A DNA stretch of 52,301 nucleotides, taken from positions 1 through 52,301 of the IMG/VR virus record IMGVR_UViG_3300017658_000249, one strand, 5' to 3'. The notes under the pieces were generated by a model. That model had not been told where the DNA came from and searched no databases. It saw only the letters and a list, made by a program, of their open reading frames with translations. The DNA is from a virus (Duplodnaviria > Caudoviricetes). The position numbers were made by a program, and so were the translations under genes. Below, piece by piece: positions 50,618 to 52,301 of the stretch; position 1 is the first letter of the stretch; the number at the start of each line of letters is the position of its first letter.

Positions 50618-51009
50618 CAGTACGACTCCACCAGCGTTTTAAATTCGGAGAGCGATTTGGGAGCTGCCTGCGAAGTCCCATTGCCGTCGTGATCCAGCAC
50701 GATCCAGGGAAGGGATTCCCGGGGTAGTTGCATTGCTTTTTGGACCCAGTCCTCTTTCGCGGCGACATCTTGTTTCTGGTCATACATGTATTTGGGATGC
50801 CCCCCTTTGGACTGAATCAACTTGTCGATCTCGACCGACATCAATCCGCTGAGTTGCCCGGCCGGCAGGTCGCGACGTGCCAGACGATCTTCCACAATCA
50901 GCACGTGCAGACCTTTGCCGGGGCAGGGCGAACGGGCGATGATTGTCTGCTCTGGCAGCCACCAGAGCAGAGCAATCGCAATCAGACAAATGAGGCGATC
51001 CTGTTTCAC
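50617..51009 (-). CDS. Exported/membrane-anchored hypothetical protein
   Basis: Signal-like N-terminus; VLIVED and SLPWIVL; coupled to the papain gene. Confidence 0.7.
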   Translation of the reverse strand: MKQDRLICLIAIALLWWLPEQTIIARSPCPGKGLHVLIVEDRLARRDLPAGQLSGLMSVEIDKLIQSKGGHPKYMYDQKQDVAAKEDWVQKAMQLPRESLPWIVLDHDGNGTSQAAPKSLSEFKTLVESY

Positions 51010-51392
51010 GTGGACTCCTGGGACTGAACCTTCTTCCGCAGATCCTTCACTTCCGCGAGGAGTCGTTCCTGGAACTCCTGGCCGGCCTGCTCGATGTCGA
51101 GCCCTTTTTCCACCCAGCTCATGAGCAATTGTGGTTCGGCATCCGGGAATGCTTTGCGCAAGTCTGCACAGCGGCGTTTCACGATCAGGCTTTCATTGAG
51201 CGCCTGTGTGGGCGGCGACCCGTTGAACGTCTGGGCCATCGCAGTTCCGAGCAGCCAGTTCCGCAACTGCTGCGTGGCCGTGGGCGCGAATGTCGAGAGC
51301 ACGAGATACGCCGTCAAGGCGGCGATGGCCCAGCCGTTCATCGTCGTAGGCCATTGCAGATTGAGGCCGTTAGCCAGCAGCATTTGCATCAT
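51006..51392 (-). CDS. Membrane protein
   Basis: TM segment WAIAALTAYLVLSTFA; AAGGA RBS. Confidence 0.6.
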   Translation of the reverse strand: MMQMLLANGLNLQWPTTMNGWAIAALTAYLVLSTFAPTATQQLRNWLLGTAMAQTFNGSPPTQALNESLIVKRRCADLRKAFPDAEPQLLMSWVEKGLDIEQAGQEFQERLLAEVKDLRKKVQSQEST

Positions 51393-51714
51393 TGGTTCCT
51401 TCGTTTTTCTGAGATGGATCTTCCGCACCACGGTGCTTGCGGACGCGCTGCATCACATAAGCCACGGCCAGGAACGTGAGAATCTTCACGGTCATTGTCG
51501 TGGCTTGCTTGGCCTGCAGCGTAAGTTCGGGAATCAGGCTGTCGGAGACGTTCAGGATGAGTGAGTCAAGAAATTCCCCGACGTCAGTGAAAAACTCCGT
51601 CAGCGAGAGTCCGATCCCCACGCACCAGACCCACAGGCGGTCCCGCCAGTCGAGGGCACCTTTGGGCGATGTCACTTTCGCAGTGCTGGCCAGCAATTGG
51701 AGATGACGTTTCAT
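51370..51714 (-). CDS. Two-TM membrane protein (holin-like)
   Basis: Two hydrophobic segments and a basic C-terminal tail; SPKGALDWRD; ATGA-coupled. Confidence 0.55.
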   Translation of the reverse strand: MKRHLQLLASTAKVTSPKGALDWRDRLWVWCVGIGLSLTEFFTDVGEFLDSLILNVSDSLIPELTLQAKQATTMTVKILTFLAVAYVMQRVRKHRGAEDPSQKNEGTNDANAAG

Positions 51715-51947
51715 GAGGCATCTCCTTGTTGATGAACACGCGAGAGCAGCGCAGCGCGAGACCGCTGACATTCCTCAAAAGCCATGCGGTAATAATTGGC
51801 AATCCGCTCGAACTCCTCAGCGCGCGCCTTGAACTCGGCGACAAGTTCCCACAACTCGTCCGTGACAGCCTTAAAGTCACGACGATCGTCCGGACGCGAA
51901 GATGGCCCGATCCGGATATTCGCTAGAAGATGTCGAATCCATTCCAC
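51711..51947 (-). CDS. Small coiled-coil hypothetical protein
   Basis: GGAGG RBS; first gene of the leftward arm. Confidence 0.6.
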   Translation of the reverse strand: MEWIRHLLANIRIGPSSRPDDRRDFKAVTDELWELVAEFKARAEEFERIANYYRMAFEECQRSRAALLSRVHQQGDAS

Positions 51948-52112
51948 GTTGTCTGCCTCCCATCCTGGGGGCGATCACTGGCCTTGCCAGCATTGTCCGA
52001 TCGATGAAAAATGTCTCGACGCGTTGTCCTCGCATCCGTGCGACGTGCCGAGACCGAATCCCTTCACAGGTCACCACACGTCCCGAACAACCCAGTGTCA
52101 AGAGGAAACGCG

Positions 52113-52301
52113 ATGCCGCGCCGCATTCCGGGCTCAAAACGCCGCTATGTCGATGTCCAGCTGCACGATGCCGAATATTCCGCGATCCAGGCCGCGGCCG
52201 CCCGCCGGAAAATCTCGATGGCAGCCTGCCTGCGTTCCATGCTTGAGCGCCCGTTGAAATCGCTCCTCACCCGCCAGCAGCGGGGAACGAAATCCAATTA
52301 A
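52113..52301 (+). CDS. Ribbon-helix-helix regulator, divergent from the late arm
   Basis: YVDVQLHDAEYSAIQAAAARRKISMAACLRSML; GAGG RBS. Confidence 0.7.
   Translation: MPRRIPGSKRRYVDVQLHDAEYSAIQAAAARRKISMAACLRSMLERPLKSLLTRQQRGTKSN

Larger units (their letters stand above)
10179..52301. mobile_element. Lambda-like siphovirus prophage, probably integrated at the tRNA-Met 3' end; right end beyond window
   Basis: Contiguous Xre, recombinase, replication, terminase, portal, protease, capsid, tail and tape measure genes start right after the tRNA. attR is not visible. Confidence 0.9.

Overview
The window has two parts. Bases 1-10178 are host chromosome, probably a planctomycete (inferred from protein and repeat styles). 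This part carries a 5'-truncated cobalamin riboswitch, nrdA-nrdB (the R2 has the class Ic Glu/Phe signature), a kinase-PP2C fusion, glutamine synthetase II, an FG-GAP protein, an integrase relic and tRNA-Met(CAT). From the tRNA to the window end lies a lambda-like siphovirus prophage of at least 42 kb whose right end is outside the window. Its rightward early arm encodes Xre, a tyrosine recombinase, CsrA, an initiator with internal iterons, a FliA-like sigma factor and ParB. Two small leftward accessory operons follow. The leftward late arm has membrane proteins, papain and trypsin proteases, Gam, terminase, portal, a fibre-like gene, head, tail, tape measure, a Ser/Gly-rich protein, a double glycosyltransferase and a pyruvyltransferase. 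The most unusual signal is a 136-nt RNA at 16202-16337 that pairs as two tRNA bodies fused through their anticodon stems, with no anticodon loop. Next most unusual are a candidate virion-glycosylation module and proteases in the usual lysis-cassette position. All calls come from motif recognition by eye; no searches or folding were run.
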